DNA from: a bacterium
GTDB lineage: Bacteria; Bacillota_I; Bacilli_A; RFN20; CAG-826
Length of the DNA stretch: 39,774 bases
Direction of reading: 5' to 3'
NCBI GenBank assembly: GCA_963638955.1
Contig: CAVHTL010000001.1
Span: 8,357-48,130, forward strand
Shown here: piece after piece, positions 1 through 9,305 of the stretch
How positions within the stretch are numbered: the first letter of the stretch is position 1
Layout of the letters: every line of letters starts with the position of its first letter
The notes under the pieces: generated by a model
The model's input: only the letters and a program-made list of their open reading frames with translations
Told to the model about the DNA's origin: nothing
Database searches by the model: none
Position numbers and translations under genes: made by a program

Positions 1-335
1 ATGCCTGCAAAGGCGTGAGCGAAGGCTTCAAGAAAGAACTTGAGCTCAATGGTACGGGTTATCGTGCCTCCATCGTGAACGGCAACGTCAAAATGTTCTT
101 GGGCTATAGCCACGACATCGTGGTCGCCCCAGTCGGCAAATACACCAAGATCGTTTGCCCAGACGAAACCCATATCACGGTTGAAGGATGCGACAAACAG
201 GAAGTCGGACAAACCGCTGCTCTCATCTATGACAGCCACCGTCCAGACGTCTACGGCCAAAAGGGCGTCCACTACAAGGGACAGCACCTTATTAAGAAGA
301 TCGGTAAGCGCGCTGCCGCTACCTCGAAGAAATAA
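1..335 (+). CDS. rplF: 50S ribosomal protein L6, C-terminal part (5' end lies beyond the left window edge)
   Basis: Frame is open from nt 3 to TAA 333-335. The translation ...GVSEGFKKELELNGTGYRASIV...QKGVHYKGQHLIKKIGK is the L6 C-terminal half. It lies directly upstream of rplR, as in spc operons. Confidence 0.9.
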   Translation, partial: ACKGVSEGFKKELELNGTGYRASIVNGNVKMFLGYSHDIVVAPVGKYTKIVCPDETHITVEGCDKQEVGQTAALIYDSHRPDVYGQKGVHYKGQHLIKKIGKRAAATSKK

Positions 336-349
336 GGAGGACATAAGCA

Positions 350-706
350 ATGATCGAAAAAGAATCACGCAATAGCGTCCGTGAGCGTAGACATGCTCGC
401 GTTCGCGCGAAGATCAAAGGCACAGCTTCTATGCCTCGCCTCGTTGTCTTCCGCAGCAACAAAAACATCGAAGCGCAGATCATCGATGACGTCAAAGGCG
501 TCACCCTTGCCTCGAGCAGCTCGAGCGCCCTTAAACTCGCCAACGGCGGCAACATCGAAGCCGCCAAAACGGTGGGGGCTGATCTAGCGAAGAAAGCTAA
601 AGCCAAGAAGATCTCGAAAGTGGTCTTCGACCGTGGCGGCTATGAATATCACGGCCGCGTCGCCGCCTTAGCGGATGCCGCTAGAGAAGGAGGGCTCCTC
701 TTCTAA
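350..706 (+). CDS. rplR: 50S ribosomal protein L18
   Basis: SD AAGGAGG at 334-340. Protein [15 protein letters not shown]...[19 protein letters not shown]...[26 protein letters not shown] is typical L18. Confidence 0.95.
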   Translation: MIEKESRNSVRERRHARVRAKIKGTASMPRLVVFRSNKNIEAQIIDDVKGVTLASSSSSALKLANGGNIEAAKTVGADLAKKAKAKKISKVVFDRGGYEYHGRVAALADAAREGGLLF

Positions 707-719
707 GGAGTAACGAACA

Positions 720-1442
720 ATGGAAGAAAATAAAGTTACTGCATCTACCGAAGCTGCAAACAAAGATAACGGAAACGCCCCTCGTCGTACGGGCAATCCG
801 CAATACGAGCCTCACAATTCCGTCAGCGCCTCACGCCCTGGCGACCGCAAATACGGTGACCGCAAGGGCCGTCCAAGCGAGCGTCGTGGCGGACGTGGCG
901 GATTCCGCCGTCCGATTGATGATGAATATACCGATAGAGTGGTCAACATCAACCGCATCTCCCGCACCGAGCAAGGTGGAAAGCACATGCGTTTCGATGC
1001 CCTCGTCGTCGTTGGAGACGGCAAAGGCAGATACGGCTTCGCCCTCCGCAAATCCGGTGAGGTGCCCGATGCCATCAAAAAGGCGCTCACGGCTGCCAAA
1101 AAAGACATCCATCGCGTCAAGATCGTGAAGGGAACCATCGCTCACGAAGTCAAAGGCGAATTCGCCGATACCACCGTCTTCCTCAAACCAGCTCCAGCTG
1201 GCACGGGAATCGTCGCTGGCGGCGCCGTCCGCGCGATCGTCGAGCTCTGCGGCATCAAAAACGTCACGAGCAAAGTCTATGGCTCCCGCACCCCGATCAA
1301 CGTCATCCGCGCCACAAGCGCAGCCCTTCTCTCGCTCAAGGAATACGACAAAGTTATGGTTCTCCGTGGCTTAAAGACCCCAGAGGAAATCAAAGCTGCC
1401 CGTAGCCAAAAAGCGGCAACGAAGGCGGAAGGAGACAAATAA
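720..1442 (+). CDS. rpsE: 30S ribosomal protein S5 with a ~60-aa Arg/Gly-rich N-terminal extension
   Basis: The core [36 protein letters not shown]...[19 protein letters not shown]...[12 protein letters not shown] is S5. Residues 1-~70 ([18 protein letters not shown]) precede the canonical start. Confidence 0.93.
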   Translation: MEENKVTASTEAANKDNGNAPRRTGNPQYEPHNSVSASRPGDRKYGDRKGRPSERRGGRGGFRRPIDDEYTDRVVNINRISRTEQGGKHMRFDALVVVGDGKGRYGFALRKSGEVPDAIKKALTAAKKDIHRVKIVKGTIAHEVKGEFADTTVFLKPAPAGTGIVAGGAVRAIVELCGIKNVTSKVYGSRTPINVIRATSAALLSLKEYDKVMVLRGLKTPEEIKAARSQKAATKAEGDK

Positions 1443-1888
1443 TGGCTACTTCATTAAGCGATATCAAAGTGGTGGAAGGCTCGAAGTTTGAGCACTTCCG
1501 CAAAGGCCAAGGCCGCGGAACTGGCAACGGCAAGACCGCCGGCAAAGGCCAAAAAGGCCAAGGCGCCCACGCCCATACGAAGAAAAACGGCTTCGAGGGC
1601 GGACAGATGCCAATCAATCGCCGCATCCCAAAATTCGGCTTCAAGAACATTTCCCGCAAAGAATATGCGGTCGTGAATGTCTCGAAACTCAATGCCTATA
1701 ACGATGGTGATACCGTCACAATCGAATCACTCATTGAAAAAGGTATTGTCAAAAAGACGCTCTCTGGGGTTAAAATTCTAGGCAATGGCGAGCTTAGCAA
1801 AAAGCTCACTGTCATCGCTGACGCTTTCTCGGCTTCCGCAAAGGCGGCCATCGAAGCGAAAGGCGGAAAGGCTGAGGTAACGAAATAA
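1442..1888 (+). CDS. rplO: 50S ribosomal protein L15
   Basis: TAATG overlap with the rpsE stop. Protein [17 protein letters not shown]...[18 protein letters not shown] is the L15 signature. Confidence 0.93.
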   Translation: MATSLSDIKVVEGSKFEHFRKGQGRGTGNGKTAGKGQKGQGAHAHTKKNGFEGGQMPINRRIPKFGFKNISRKEYAVVNVSKLNAYNDGDTVTIESLIEKGIVKKTLSGVKILGNGELSKKLTVIADAFSASAKAAIEAKGGKAEVTK

Positions 1889-3237
1889 TGAAAAAGTTCG
1901 TCTCGATCTTCAAGAACAAAGACATCGTCAATCGTATTTTCTTCACGATTATGGTGCTCTTCGTCATCCGGATCGGGGCGGCTATTCATGTCCCGGGTGT
2001 CGACCCTTCCTCAATGGAAGATATGATCAATAGCGGCTCAGCCCTTGCGATCATGGACCTACTCGGCGGAGGCGCGTTAAGCAACTTCTCCGTGTTCGCT
2101 CTCGGAGTCAGCCCGTATATTACCGCCCAGATTATCGTTGAACTTCTTTCCAAAGACGTTCTTCCGGCGCTCACCGAGCTATCGAAGCAAGGCGAGTATG
2201 GGCGTAAGAAAAAGGAACAAGCCACTCGTTATCTGACCCTTCTCCTCGGCGCTGTCCAAGGATATGGGATCATCAAGACGATGGAAAACAGTTCCTATAT
2301 CTCTATTACGCTCGAAACGAATTTCTGGACTTATGCCTACATCGTCACCGTTCTTTTAGCGGGAGCGATGCTCACGATGTGGTTAGGGGACCAAATCACC
2401 GAAAAAGGTCTAGGAAACGGAATTTCCGTCATTATCTTCGCAGGGTGCGTAAGAAGCTTGCCAACCCAAATCTCCACCGCGTGGAGCAAGTGGATTGTCG
2501 ACAACACGAGCCGCAGCTCCGGCGAAATGATCAGGGGAAGCTTCCAATTCGCTCTCTATATCATCGTCATGATTCTCATTACGGCCTTCGTGGTGTTCAT
2601 TGAGCTCTCTCGGCGCAAGATACCAGTCCAGCACGCCAATAAAGGCGGCGGACAAAGCATGGCCCGCGCTTCCTTCTTGCCAATCAAGATTAATAGCGCC
2701 GGCGTCATTCCGGTCATCTTCGCTTCGAGCCTAATGGCCGCCCCAAGCGTCATCGCGAGTTTTATCTCCTCTGACGCGGCGAATGCCGAATGGCTGAAGA
2801 TCTTCAATTACAATGAGACCTTCAGGATGCCGTGGTTCAATGACACGCACTGGAACATGGACTGGGGGCTTGTAATTTACCTAGCTCTCATCATCTTATT
2901 CACCTTCTTCTACAGTGAGATGCAAATCGATCCGGAGAAGCTCGCGGATAATTTCCAAAAATCGGGAGCTTATATCCCGGGTGTGAGACCAGGCAAAGAA
3001 ACAGAACGTTATGTCGGCAAGGTCTTAAACCGCATTACCTTCATTGGGGCTTTCGCCTTAGCGGGTATCGCGGCCTTACCGATTGTCCTAACCTTAACCG
3101 ATGTCTTCGATGGCGACACTACGCTTGCAATCGGCGGCACAGGGTTAATCATCATCGTCGGCGTGGCGCTTGAAATCAACGCCCAGATCGACGGCCTATT
3201 AGCAGGCAAAAGCTACGACGCAGTCAAGGAGATGTAA
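1888..3237 (+). CDS. secY: Preprotein translocase subunit SecY
   Basis: 449 aa, multi-TM. Motifs FALGVSPYITAQIIVELL, MWLGDQITEKGLGNGISVIIFAG and GAYIPGVRPGKET. Canonical position after rplO. Confidence 0.95.
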   Translation: MKKFVSIFKNKDIVNRIFFTIMVLFVIRIGAAIHVPGVDPSSMEDMINSGSALAIMDLLGGGALSNFSVFALGVSPYITAQIIVELLSKDVLPALTELSKQGEYGRKKKEQATRYLTLLLGAVQGYGIIKTMENSSYISITLETNFWTYAYIVTVLLAGAMLTMWLGDQITEKGLGNGISVIIFAGCVRSLPTQISTAWSKWIVDNTSRSSGEMIRGSFQFALYIIVMILITAFVVFIELSRRKIPVQHANKGGGQSMARASFLPIKINSAGVIPVIFASSLMAAPSVIASFISSDAANAEWLKIFNYNETFRMPWFNDTHWNMDWGLVIYLALIILFTFFYSEMQIDPEKLADNFQKSGAYIPGVRPGKETERYVGKVLNRITFIGAFALAGIAALPIVLTLTDVFDGDTTLAIGGTGLIIIVGVALEINAQIDGLLAGKSYDAVKEM

Positions 3238-3244
3238 TTAATCT

Positions 3245-3895
3245 ATGCTCAATATCATTCTCATGGGCCCGCCAGGAGCGGGGAAAGGCACGCACGCCAA
3301 ATGGATGGAAAGTGACTTCAATCTTCCTCACATCTCGACGGGCGACATGTTCCGCGAGGCGATGGCTTCTGGGAGTGAGCTTGGCAATACCGTCAAAGAG
3401 ATCATAAATCGCGGGGACCTCGTGAGCGATGAGCTCACCTGCGCCCTCGTGAAAGATCGTCTTTCGCGCGATGACTGCAAAAACGGTTACCTTCTTGACG
3501 GCTTCCCCCGCACCTTGGCGCAAGCGGAAGCCCTGAAGAAGATGGGCAAGGAAATCGGCCGCGAGCCGAATCTTGCCATCAATATCTCTTGTCCGGACGA
3601 GATTTTGATAAAAAGGGTTTGCACTCGGAGAGTTTGCCCGAAGTGCGGCGCTTCCTTCAACGTTATCACCATGAAACCGAAGAGTGAGGGGGTCTGTGAT
3701 TATTGCGGCTCTGCCCTTATTCAAAGGAAAGACGATAACGAAGAGTCCTTCAAAGTCCGTTTGGATAACTACTACAAGAGCACGGCTCCCCTTCTTGACT
3801 ACTATAAGAAGGAAGGCTTGCTCAAAGACTTCGATGGCACCATCGAGGCCGGACAACTCAAAGAGGAAATAAGCAAATTCCTCGCTAGCAAATGA
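3245..3895 (+). CDS. adk: Adenylate kinase (zinc-lid form)
   Basis: P-loop GPPGAGKGT, LLDGFPRT, and lid with CPKCG...CDYCG. Its stop overlaps the map start (ATGA). Confidence 0.95.
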   Translation: MLNIILMGPPGAGKGTHAKWMESDFNLPHISTGDMFREAMASGSELGNTVKEIINRGDLVSDELTCALVKDRLSRDDCKNGYLLDGFPRTLAQAEALKKMGKEIGREPNLAINISCPDEILIKRVCTRRVCPKCGASFNVITMKPKSEGVCDYCGSALIQRKDDNEESFKVRLDNYYKSTAPLLDYYKKEGLLKDFDGTIEAGQLKEEISKFLASK

Positions 3896-4653
3896 TCATC
3901 ATCAAATCACCGCGGGAAATCGCCCTCATGAGAGAGGCGGGCCACTTGCTGAGCGATGTCTTCGATGCCATTGGGCCCATGTGCGTTCCAGGCACATCAA
4001 CCCAAGAAATCAATGACAGAGCCGAAGAAGTGATGAAGCTAGGCGGCGGAGAAAGCGCGGAGAAAGGCTACTACGGCTATCCCGGCGCAATCTGCGCTTC
4101 GGTCAACGAAGTGCTGCTGCACGGCATCCCGAGCAAAAAGAAGATACTGAAAGACGGCGATATCATAAGCCTTGATATCGTGGTGCGCAAAAACGGCTAT
4201 TGCGCCGATGCGTGCCGCAGCTATCTAGTCGGTATCTGCCCAGAGCATCTAGCAAACCTCCTCAAGGTGACCGAAGAGAGTTTCTGGAACGCGGTGAGAT
4301 TAGTGAAGCCTGGAATACATCTAGGCGATGTCTCTCATGCAATCGAGACGACCGTGAAAGCCCATGGCTACAGCGTTCCACGCGAATTCACGGGACACGG
4401 AATCGGCAAGGAGATGCATGAAGACCCCTATATCCCGGATTACGGTCCGGCTGGTGTTGGGGAAATCCTGCGCGAAGGCATGACCTTAGCCATCGAGCCG
4501 ATGGTCATGGAAGGAAAGCCGCATCTAAGGACACTTGGAGATGGCTGGACGACTGTGACTAAAGACGGCAAATACAGCGCTCACTACGAAAACACGATCG
4601 TGGTGACCAAAGACGGCTATGAAGTGCTGACGATGAAGGAAGAAAGGAGATAA
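3892..4653 (+). CDS. map: Methionine aminopeptidase, type I
   Basis: 253 aa. Motifs VLLHGIP, GDIISLD, FTGHGIG, LAIEPM, YENTIVVT. Position adk-map-infA. Confidence 0.95.
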   Translation: MIIIKSPREIALMREAGHLLSDVFDAIGPMCVPGTSTQEINDRAEEVMKLGGGESAEKGYYGYPGAICASVNEVLLHGIPSKKKILKDGDIISLDIVVRKNGYCADACRSYLVGICPEHLANLLKVTEESFWNAVRLVKPGIHLGDVSHAIETTVKAHGYSVPREFTGHGIGKEMHEDPYIPDYGPAGVGEILREGMTLAIEPMVMEGKPHLRTLGDGWTTVTKDGKYSAHYENTIVVTKDGYEVLTMKEERR

Positions 4654-4656
4654 CGT

Positions 4657-4878
4657 TTGGCTAAAGAAGAGTGTTTAGAAATGGAAGCCACGGTGTTGGA
4701 GTGCTTACCTAACGCCAACTTCAAGGTGAAACTCGCCAATGGAGCGGTGGTCCAAGCCTGCGTTTCGGGCAAAATCCGGATGCATTACATCCGCATTCTC
4801 CCCGGCGATAGGGTTACCGTGCAGTTCTCGCCTTATGATTTAACACGCGGGCGCATTACGTTCCGATTCAAGAACTGA
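4657..4878 (+). CDS. infA: Translation initiation factor IF-1
   Basis: TTG start. 73 aa with the S1-like fold sequence [13 protein letters not shown]...[33 protein letters not shown]. Confidence 0.93.
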   Translation: MAKEECLEMEATVLECLPNANFKVKLANGAVVQACVSGKIRMHYIRILPGDRVTVQFSPYDLTRGRITFRFKN

Positions 4879-4901
4879 AACTGAACAAGGAGTAACACAT
4901 T

Positions 4902-5015
4902 ATGAAAGTGAGACCAAGCGTCAAACCGATCTGCGATAAGTGCAAGATCATCCGCCGGCACGGCGTCGTTATGTGCATCTGCCCAAATCCGAAGCATAAG
5001 CAAAGACAGGGCTAA
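4902..5015 (+). CDS. rpmJ: 50S ribosomal protein L36 (Cys/His zinc form)
   Basis: Not in the ORF track (37 aa). ATG 4902 follows SD AAGGAG. Translation is [37 protein letters not shown], ending at TAA 5013-5015. Confidence 0.9.
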   Translation: MKVRPSVKPICDKCKIIRRHGVVMCICPNPKHKQRQG

Positions 5016-5036
5016 AGGAAAGGAAACTAGCTAAAT

Positions 5037-5411
5037 ATGGCACGTATTGTCGGGGTTGATGTCCCCAATGAGAAACGCGTCGTCATCTCCCTTACCTATA
5101 TCTACGGTATCGGCGACACGACCGCGAAAAAAATCTGCGAAGCCGCTGGTGTCAATGAAGACATCCGCGTCAAAAACCTCACCGATGAGCAATTGACCGC
5201 TCTCCGCACCGAGGTTGCCAAATACAAAACGGAAGGTGATTTGCGCCGCGAAGTCGCGATGAACATCAAACGCCTCCAGGAAATCGGCTGCTACCGCGGA
5301 CTCCGCCACAAGCGCGGACTCCCAGTGCGCGGACAACGCACCAAAACCAATGCGCGTACCCGCAAAGGCAAGCGCAAGACGATCGCTAACAAGAAAGAAG
5401 CGACTAAGTAA
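5037..5411 (+). CDS. rpsM: 30S ribosomal protein S13
   Basis: [26 protein letters not shown]...[23 protein letters not shown]. Confidence 0.95.
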   Translation: MARIVGVDVPNEKRVVISLTYIYGIGDTTAKKICEAAGVNEDIRVKNLTDEQLTALRTEVAKYKTEGDLRREVAMNIKRLQEIGCYRGLRHKRGLPVRGQRTKTNARTRKGKRKTIANKKEATK

Positions 5412-5432
5412 GGAAAGGAGTAGGTAAACATT

Positions 5433-5843
5433 ATGGCAGACAATAAAAAAGGTGCCAGAAAGAGCACCTCGGCCCGCAAGAAGAAAGTGAAGCGCAACTT
5501 CACTCACGGCGTCGCCCACATCCATTCCACCTTCAATAACACCATCGTCACGATTTCTGATGTCCAAGGCAATGTCATTGCTTGGAGCAGCGCCGGAGCC
5601 CTTGGCTATAAAGGCGCCAAAAAGAGCACACCGTTCGCCGCTCAACTCGCCGCCCAAACAGCTGGCAAGAGCGCCTTCGATCAAGGCTTACGCCAAATCG
5701 ACGTCGATGTGAAGGGCCCAGGCCCAGGCAGAGAGAGCGCCGTCCGCGCATTAGGCACGGTTGGTCTCCAGATTCTCTCCATCACCGATACCACCCCAAT
5801 CCCTCATAACGGTTGCCGTCCTCCAAAACGCCCAAGAGGCTAG
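5433..5843 (+). CDS. rpsK: 30S ribosomal protein S11
   Basis: [42 protein letters not shown]...[19 protein letters not shown]. Confidence 0.95.
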   Translation: MADNKKGARKSTSARKKKVKRNFTHGVAHIHSTFNNTIVTISDVQGNVIAWSSAGALGYKGAKKSTPFAAQLAAQTAGKSAFDQGLRQIDVDVKGPGPGRESAVRALGTVGLQILSITDTTPIPHNGCRPPKRPRG

Positions 5844-5906
5844 TCGAGGAGGGGTTAACCCCTTGAGCAGATACGTATCAGTCATTTATAGGAGGCACAA
5901 TTAATA

Positions 5907-6914
5907 ATGGCTAACACCAATAGCGAAATCGCCGCCGAAGAGATCCGCTTGCCGGATCCATTCCAACCATTCAGCATCAAAGTCGATGTCAATGACGAAG
6001 CCGAACATTATTCCCGCTTTGTCATTTCTCCTCTTGAGCGCGGATTCGGCCTTACCTTAGGCAATGCCCTCCGCCGCGTTCTTCTTAGCGCCCTTCCTGG
6101 CGCGACCGTCTTCGCCCTTGAAATCGAAGGCGTTCGCCATGAATTCAGCGCGATTGAAGGCGTCGAGGAAGATGTCACCGCGATTGTCTTGAATCTCAAA
6201 GACCTCGTTCTCAAAATCGATGACAACAGCGACGAGCCAAAGCGCTTGAGCGTTGACTTCAAAGGCCCTGGCGTTTTAAAGGCCAGCGACTTGGAGCTCC
6301 CTGCCATGGTGAGCGTCATCAACCCTGATTTAGAGATTGCTCACCTTAATGAGCATGGCCACATCAAAATGACGGTCTATGCTTCAAAAGGCAGAGGCTA
6401 TCTCACTGGCGAGGCTAACAAACTTGAGCACAAAATCAATCAGATTGGCGTCATTCCGACCGATAGCAACTACAGCCCAGTCGTGAAAGTCGCCTACGCC
6501 GTTGAGCCAACCCGCGTTGAGCACGACAGCAAATTCGACGAATTGATTCTCGAAGTCACCACCAACGGCTCCATCAAGCCTTATGAAGCGGTGGCAATGG
6601 CTTCCCAGCTTCTCGTCGCCCACTTCGGCGAATTCACCAAACTCGATGAAGTCGTCAAGAACTACAAACTCGTCAAAGAGGAAGTTCATAGCGAAGAGAA
6701 CAAATACCAAGACATGATGATCGAAGAACTCGATTTGTCTGTCCGCAGCAACAACTGCCTCAAGCGCGCTGGCATCAGCACAGTCTTAGAGCTCACGCAG
6801 AAGAGCGAAGACGAGATGATGAAAGTCCGCAATTTGGGCAAGAAGTCGCTGAAAGAAGTGAAGGAGAAGCTCGCTTCCATTGGGCTTCACTTCCGCGATA
6901 GCGTAGGAGAATAA
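5907..6914 (+). CDS. rpoA: DNA-directed RNA polymerase subunit alpha
   Basis: 335 aa. N-terminal domain FVISPLERGFGLTLGNALRRVLLS; C-terminal domain IEELDLSVRSNNCLKRAGI.TV.EL......EMMKVRNLGKKSL.EV. Confidence 0.95.
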   Translation: MANTNSEIAAEEIRLPDPFQPFSIKVDVNDEAEHYSRFVISPLERGFGLTLGNALRRVLLSALPGATVFALEIEGVRHEFSAIEGVEEDVTAIVLNLKDLVLKIDDNSDEPKRLSVDFKGPGVLKASDLELPAMVSVINPDLEIAHLNEHGHIKMTVYASKGRGYLTGEANKLEHKINQIGVIPTDSNYSPVVKVAYAVEPTRVEHDSKFDELILEVTTNGSIKPYEAVAMASQLLVAHFGEFTKLDEVVKNYKLVKEEVHSEENKYQDMMIEELDLSVRSNNCLKRAGISTVLELTQKSEDEMMKVRNLGKKSLKEVKEKLASIGLHFRDSVGE

Positions 6915-6916
6915 TT

Positions 6917-7318
6917 ATGGCAGCACAAGGTAGAAAGAACGTGCATGGCAAAACCGGCGTTCGCTTCAAAGCGGCTTATACCCCTTCGAAGAACAAGGCC
7001 ATGCTCAGAGACGTCGTGAGCGCGTTGATTGTCCATGGTGAGGTCAAAGTCACTAGCGGCGTTACCGCCGATCTCGTCTCTTTAGCCGATAAAATGGTCA
7101 CTCTCGCCAAGAAAGGCGATTTGGCCGCTCGTAGAGAAGCCGCTAAAGTATTGCGCAACGGCATTTGCGACGACAAAGGCGTCAATGCTCTCAGCAAGCT
7201 CTTCGCCGAAATCGGTCCGAAATACAAAGACCGCAACGGCGGCTACACCCATGTTTATAAGCTTGGGCACCGCAAAGGCGACAACGCCGAAGTCGAATTA
7301 GTCAGATTCGTAGACTAA
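6917..7318 (+). CDS. rplQ: 50S ribosomal protein L17
   Basis: Last gene of the alpha operon. Motifs RDVVSALIVHGEVKVT and YKDRNGGYTHVYKLGHRKGDNAEVELV. Confidence 0.93.
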   Translation: MAAQGRKNVHGKTGVRFKAAYTPSKNKAMLRDVVSALIVHGEVKVTSGVTADLVSLADKMVTLAKKGDLAARREAAKVLRNGICDDKGVNALSKLFAEIGPKYKDRNGGYTHVYKLGHRKGDNAEVELVRFVD

Positions 7319-7334
7319 TCGAAATCGTTCCATG

Positions 7335-7366
7335 AGCCCTCCTTCAAACGGAGGGCTTTCACGTTT
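7335..7366 (+). terminator. Rho-independent terminator after rplQ
   Basis: Stem AGCCCTCC (7335-7342) pairs with GGAGGGCT (7350-7357) around a 7-nt loop, followed by TTTCACGTTT. Confidence 0.6.
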
Positions 7367-7421
7367 GAGGCACCTATAAATGCACAGTTTGATTTTATCC
7401 TTTGAAATAAGCCCTTTTTCA

Positions 7422-7449
7422 TTGTCATTATCGATGATTATGCTACAAT
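7422..7449 (+). promoter_or_regulatory. Sigma-A-type promoter for the lemA pair
   Basis: TTGTCA (7422-7427), 16-nt spacer, TGcTACAAT (extended -10; hexamer 7444-7449). It lies 30 nt upstream of the lemA ATG. Confidence 0.45.
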
Positions 7450-7478
7450 TCAATTACTCAAACAGGAGGTAAAAAACA

Positions 7479-8060
7479 ATGGTATTTCTAAGTACTGGTG
7501 CGATAGTGGGAATCGCGATCGGCGTTGCCGTCGTTTTGATAGTCATCGCCATCATCGCCTGGTGGATTTCAACCGCGAATAGGCTTCGTCGCGAAATCGT
7601 CAAAATCGATGAGGCATCAAGTGGTATCGATGTGGCTCTCACCAAGCGCTTCGACTTATTGACGAAAACGGTCGCCACCGTCAAAGGCTACGCCAAGCAT
7701 GAGAGCGAGACTCTAAGCAAAGTCATCGAGATGCGTCGCCCATCTAGCAACGCTCCGATGAAAGAAAAGAGCCAATTCTCTGAGCAAGTCTCGAAAGCCT
7801 TCGACAGCATCAATGTCGTCGCTGAGGCTTATCCTGAACTCAAGGCCAATACCAATTTCATGGGACTTCAGAACCAAATCGCCGAAGTCGAGGAACAGCT
7901 CCAAGCTTCTAGACGCGTCTACAACAGCAACGTGAGCACCTTCAACCAGGAAATTGTGGTCTTCCCAACCAACATCGTGGCTCGCCATTATCGTTTCGAG
8001 AAGAAAGATTTCTTCGAGGCGGAAGAGGCCAAACGCCAAGACGTTAAAATCGAATTCTAA
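7479..8060 (+). CDS. lemA: LemA family membrane protein
   Basis: One N-terminal TM helix followed by NRLRREIVKIDEASSGIDVALTKRFDLL......YAKHESETL..V...R......NFMGLQNQIAEVEEQLQASRRVYN..V..FN. This layout is typical of LemA. Confidence 0.85.
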   Translation: MVFLSTGAIVGIAIGVAVVLIVIAIIAWWISTANRLRREIVKIDEASSGIDVALTKRFDLLTKTVATVKGYAKHESETLSKVIEMRRPSSNAPMKEKSQFSEQVSKAFDSINVVAEAYPELKANTNFMGLQNQIAEVEEQLQASRRVYNSNVSTFNQEIVVFPTNIVARHYRFEKKDFFEAEEAKRQDVKIEF

Positions 8061-8073
8061 TCTAGAAACAGCG

Positions 8074-8100
8074 AAGGCCTCAATTTGAGGCCTTTTCTTT
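8074..8100 (+). terminator. Rho-independent terminator/attenuator after lemA
   Basis: AAGGCCTCA (8074-8082) pairs with TGAGGCCTT (8086-8094) around a 3-nt loop, followed by TTTTCTTT. Confidence 0.6.
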
Positions 8101-8116
8101 CTTAGGAGGCATAAAA

Positions 8117-9064
8117 ATGGCAAACGAAATGGATAAACTGTACGAAGATTTCGAAAAAGTCAGGAAGAGTAAGGAAAGAAGTTTCATTGGCTTTTTGATT
8201 TTTGGCATCCTTCTATTCATCCCCGCGATCTTGCTTTTTCTTAATGTGTTCATGGTGGAGAGCGGAGAGGTGTATTACATTGGATTCTGTCTTTTTGTTT
8301 TCGCTATCATCATTCTTTCCGTGGCCTTCACCTTCAAGAGAAGTTTCACTAAATACGTCAGAAAAAACAGCGAGAAAGCAGTGTGCGATCACTTTTTTCC
8401 TGGCGCCATTCTTAGGCCTGATCAAGGGTATGATCTCAAGATTGTGATGACTCCGGGCTTTTTCACAAGCCCCGACCGTTATAAAGGCGATGAATTCATG
8501 TCTGGCACCTATAAAGGCATCAGTTTCGACAAAGCTGCCTATAACTTAGAGAAAAAGCACACGACAACCGATTCGAAGGGCAACACGACAACAACTTATG
8601 TGACTTACGCCAAAGGCACCCTTTATCGTTTTCATTTTCCTCGTTCTTTTGCCACCGTCAAAGTCATCGAAAAGCAGGGCATGATTAGTTTCGGAATGAC
8701 GAATCAAGGCCTAGAGGAGGTCGAAACGGAATTCATTCAGTTCAACCGAAAATTCAAAGTCCTCACAAACGATAAAACCACCGCATTCTATTTATTAACC
8801 CCGCAAATCCAAGAGCAAATCATGGATTTAGAGAATCGCTACAAGGGAAATTTCTATCTTTGCTATATGGGCGACACGCTTTATATCGCCGTGAATGACA
8901 ACGGCGAAACAGCCAAAGTGCCCTTCTTCAAGCCGGTGAGCGAAGAGACGATGAAACCAATCAAGGAATTCTTTGGCGCGCCCGCTGTCTTTGTTGATGC
9001 TCTTTCTCTAGACAGTAATAAATTCAAGGAGAATGCCGGAGCCTCTCCTAGCGAGACGAAATAG
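8117..9064 (+). CDS. Two-TM membrane protein, DUF3137-like (usual LemA neighbour)
   Basis: SD AGGAGG. Two N-terminal TM helices, then a soluble domain with ...YKGDEFMSGTYKGISF...YAKGTLYRFHFP...FNRKFKVLTNDKTTAFYLLTPQ. Family recognised by eye only. Confidence 0.7.
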   Translation: MANEMDKLYEDFEKVRKSKERSFIGFLIFGILLFIPAILLFLNVFMVESGEVYYIGFCLFVFAIIILSVAFTFKRSFTKYVRKNSEKAVCDHFFPGAILRPDQGYDLKIVMTPGFFTSPDRYKGDEFMSGTYKGISFDKAAYNLEKKHTTTDSKGNTTTTYVTYAKGTLYRFHFPRSFATVKVIEKQGMISFGMTNQGLEEVETEFIQFNRKFKVLTNDKTTAFYLLTPQIQEQIMDLENRYKGNFYLCYMGDTLYIAVNDNGETAKVPFFKPVSEETMKPIKEFFGAPAVFVDALSLDSNKFKENAGASPSETK

Positions 9065-9269
9065 CCTTTCTTATCAAACAAGTCCATAAAATTCGGAAGC
9101 TCGCGCGATAACTACGTCGACAAATATTGTTTCAGTGTGCTCTTCGCCTCTTACATCGAGAAAAGGAAAATCTACCTTTCACCGTTTCAGAAAACCATTC
9201 AAGAAGGAACGCTTGAAACACTATAAATAGCGGACAATCGCCTAATTTCTCGTTTTAGGCAAAACATTT

Positions 9270-9298
9270 TTGCTTTTGATTGTCTTGCTTTATATAAT
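9270..9298 (+). promoter_or_regulatory. Sigma-A-type promoter immediately upstream of the add start codon
   Basis: TTGCTT (9270-9275), 17-nt spacer, TATAAT (9293-9298). Only 7 nt separate it from ATG 9306 and there is no SD. Confidence 0.45.
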
Positions 9299-9305
9299 TG
9301 CCAAA

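Noticed and set aside
3224-3856. 210-aa - strand ORF opposite adk. The same applies to 21941-22627 opposite rplA and 35070-35846 opposite fusA.
   Set aside because: Each is antisense to a confidently identified gene and has no recognisable domain or ribosome-binding site.
5031-5684. 217-aa - strand ORF spanning rpsM and rpsK.
   Set aside because: It is antisense to two conserved ribosomal protein genes and crosses their intergenic spacer, with no motifs. Shadow ORF.
5850-5863. Perfect 14-bp palindrome AGGGGTTAACCCCT between rpsK and rpoA.
   Set aside because: Only a 5-bp stem around a 4-nt loop is possible in RNA, no T-tract follows, and rpoA must be co-transcribed. Probably a minor processing or stability hairpin, or chance.
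9270-9305. N-terminally extended starts given by the ORF track: 9270 for add, 11454 for the Cof phosphatase, 14577 for the sigma factor, 15605 for secE, 32340 for the zinc-ribbon gene, 32896 for rpsL and 33972 for fusA.
   Set aside because: In each case an internal ATG preceded by an SD or promoter reproduces the conserved N-terminus of the family. The extension would also overlap upstream genes, promoters or terminators.
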